Assembly: GCA_028277205.1 (NCBI GenBank)
Contig: JANQGT010000032.1
Location: 1-63,312, forward strand
Reading direction: 5' to 3'
Length of the DNA: 63,312 nt
From: Candidatus Altimarinota bacterium
Lineage (GTDB): Bacteria; Patescibacteriota; Gracilibacteria; BD1-5; UBA2023
The position numbers were made by a program, and so were the translations under genes. Below the pieces are notes generated by a model. It was not told where the DNA came from. It was given only the letters and a program-made list of their open reading frames with translations, and ran no database searches. Positions 61,019 to 63,312 of the stretch are shown here, in pieces; the stretch's first letter is position 1, and every line of letters starts with the position of its first letter.

Positions 61019-63157
61019 TTAGTGCTCGTGATCGCGTATCTGGGCTAAAAACTCCTCTATTCCCATCGTCGGTATGCCGAGTGATTTCGCTTTTTGCAGT
61101 TTTGATCCTGGCTTTTCACCGACGACGAGCATATCGAGTTTTTTGCTGACACTGTCTACGAAGCGCATTCCGGCGGATTTTGCGATCTCGATAATCTGCT
61201 CTCTGGTCATGCCGTCGAAACTTCCGGTGATGCAAAATGTTTTTTCGGATAGACTATATTCAATAATACCCTCGAAAGATATATCCGGCAGGATGATATG
61301 AAGCTCCGGAAAGAGACGCGAGAGCGTCGACTCTCGCGCGGTAAAATAGGCAAATACCGACTGGCTCGCCACCGGTCCCATGTCGGGTATGGACTCCAGA
61401 TCTTCTGCGGACAGCGAGCTGAAAATTTTCAATAGTCTCTCTCCAGTTGGCTTTTCCGTGTCGTTGCGATTGATGCTTTGCGCGAGAAATATCGCAAGCG
61501 ACTGGGCGGTACGACGACCGATATTTGGAATGCCGAGCGCAGTGAGCAGACGATGCAGCGGGACGTGTCGACTGTTTTCTATCGAGGTCAGGAGATTTTC
61601 GACGGACTTTTCGCCGAGTCACTGCATATTGACCAATGTCTCGCGATGCACATACAGATGGTATATCGATGCCATATCGCTGATGAACCCCTCACGACGA
61701 AATCGCTCGATTTGTTTTTTCCCGAGACCGTCGATATTCATGCCGTGTTTGCCTGCAAATGTCTCGAGTCCGCCCTGCAGCTGCGCAGGACATCCCGTCC
61801 GATTCGGACAAAAATACGCGATCTTTCCCGTCTCTTGCTCCAGAGGAGTCTCGCAGGCGGGACACTTTTCGGGCACTCCGACGCGCTTTTCATTTCCATC
61901 TCGCGCTTCGGTGATGACGCTCACGACCTCGGGGATGACCTCGCCCGCCCGCATGAGAAATATCGTATCCCCTTCGTGTGCGTCTTTTGCGGCGAGCTCG
62001 GAGTAGTTGTGCAGAGTGGCACGGGACACTGTGACGCCCCCTACGAGCACGGGATCCAGGATCGCGACGGGTGTGACGATCCCGCTGCGTCCGACGGAGT
62101 GTATGATATGCTGTATGCGTGTACGCGCCAGCTTGGCGGGAAATTTGAATGCGATGGCATAGCGCGGATGGTGTGCCGTCAGTCCCAGATGTTTCCAGAG
62201 ATTCAGATCGTCCACTTTTATCACCAGCCCGTCGATGTCAAATCCGAGTCTGGGACGCTCGGCGGTGATGGCACCGAGTCGCTCGACGAGTGCTTCGAGA
62301 TTTTTCGCACGCTCGAAAAAAATGCCCGAGGTTTCAAATCAGAGCCTTTCAAGTGCTGCGATATACTGCGAATATGTAGAGACGGAAATACCGGTTTTTG
62401 ACCCAAACAATGCGCGAGTTTCCGGCTCCTCCAGATGCGGAAAGCTATAGGCGAAAAACCGGAGCTTGCGTGATTTTGTTACCTTCGGGTCCAGCTGTCT
62501 CACGCTTCCGGATGCGGCGTTTCGCGGATTTGCAAAGAGCTTTTCGCCCGCCTGTTTTCGCGCCTCATTGATCCGGGTAAACTCATCATGCGGCAGGATG
62601 ATCTCGCCGCGGATTTCCACCGACTCTTTATAGGAAATGGTATGGGGAATATTTTGGTCGGTCATGATATTTTGCGTGATGATCTCACCCTCCATACCGT
62701 TTCCCCGTGTGAGCGCACGCACGAGCTGACCCCGCTCATAGGACAGTGAAATCCCGAGTCCGTCAAATTTTACCTCGATGCAGTAGGCGATCGGCTCGTC
62801 GGTTTTCAGGATGTTTCGGATGCGCGCCTCGAAATTGCGGATTTCCTCGATACTGTAGGTATTATCCAGAGAGAGCATTGGGGTCGCGTGCGGACGCTTT
62901 TGAAACTGCTCGTCGGGTGCGACGGCGATGCGACTCGTGGGGGACTCGGGATCAAAATCCCCATATCGCCGCTCCGCCTCGACCAGCTGGGAAAACAGGC
63001 GATCATACTCCTCATCGGAGATGACGGGCGACTCCTGCTGATAGTACAGACGATTGTGCTCGCGCACGATGTCCCGCAGGAGCGGGATGTCTTTTTGCAG
63101 GATGGCTTTTTGGGAAAACAGTCGCGAGGACTCTGCGAGCAGGATCTGGATATCCAT
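61019..63157 (-). CDS. ligA: NAD-dependent DNA ligase
   Basis: The adenylation motif is CIEVKFDGLGISL. Also present are an OB fold, a Zn finger (CPACETPLEQETGKIAYFCPNRTGCPAQ), HhH repeats and a BRCT domain. Three pieces are in one frame across TGA at 62339 and 61619. Ends in TAA. Confidence 0.95.
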
Positions 63158-63312
63158 AGTATTCGGCGTGTCGATATTGCCGCCATACTATCGGAAAGTC
63201 TTTTTGCTTCAATACCAAAAAACCCCGAACACCTTGGTAGGCTTCGGAGCTGTAGTGGGATGTCCCGAGTGCGTTTTGCGGTGCGTGCGAATGACGCGAG
63301 AGTGAAAAGCAG

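Noticed and set aside
60165-61019. A minus-strand 284-aa ORF.
   Set aside because: It is antisense to map, whose metal-ligand motifs lie on the plus strand. It is a shadow ORF.
63225-63312. Resemblance to the RNase P RNA P15-P18 region or SRP RNA domain IV on the plus strand.
   Set aside because: The required 5' portion of RNase P would overlap the ligA coding sequence. The SRP GNRA-loop/AGCAGC context does not pair. The element is also truncated by the window edge.

Overview
This is a 63.3-kb, very gene-dense chromosomal window from a bacterium that reads TGA as glycine (translation table 25, Gracilibacteria/Absconditabacteria-type candidate-phyla lineage). The standard-code ORF track breaks almost every gene at TGA. 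Joining same-frame pieces across in-frame TGA gives 53 CDS models, one of them a probable pseudogene, and every model ends in TAA or TAG. Housekeeping content: hisS, ruvC, nusA, rplI, ruvX, uppS, smpB, rsgA, an RsmF-like methylase, clpC, rpoB-rpoC, prfA, murD, an F1-type ATP synthase cluster (atpH-like, atpA, atpG, atpD, atpC), rel, pheT, rluD, ndk, lepA, ybeY, map and ligA. Accessory or envelope content: a multi-PKD membrane protein, a 3D-domain/PG-binding protein, a VKOR plus DsbA-like pair, a BatA-BatB fusion with BatC, and a detached BatD-MoxR pair. Also present are an M23 peptidase with SLH repeats, a Thr/Ser/Ala/Gly-rich secreted surface protein, a TrbC/VirB2-like small pilin and three NUDIX hydrolases. 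The least explained loci are listed next. (1) Two overlapping secreted ORFans sit between clpC and rpoB. (2) A 602-aa Cys-rich zinc-ribbon protein is followed by a frameshifted partial paralog and an AT-rich segment encoding a pentapeptide-repeat ORF. (3) murD is divergent from a NIF3 gene and a PP-loop (MurL-like) gene. (4) A small Cys-containing ORF has a strong promoter and a perfect palindrome. No rRNA, tRNA, CRISPR array, transposase, integrase or reverse transcriptase was recognised. All homology calls rest on motifs read by eye; no database search was run.
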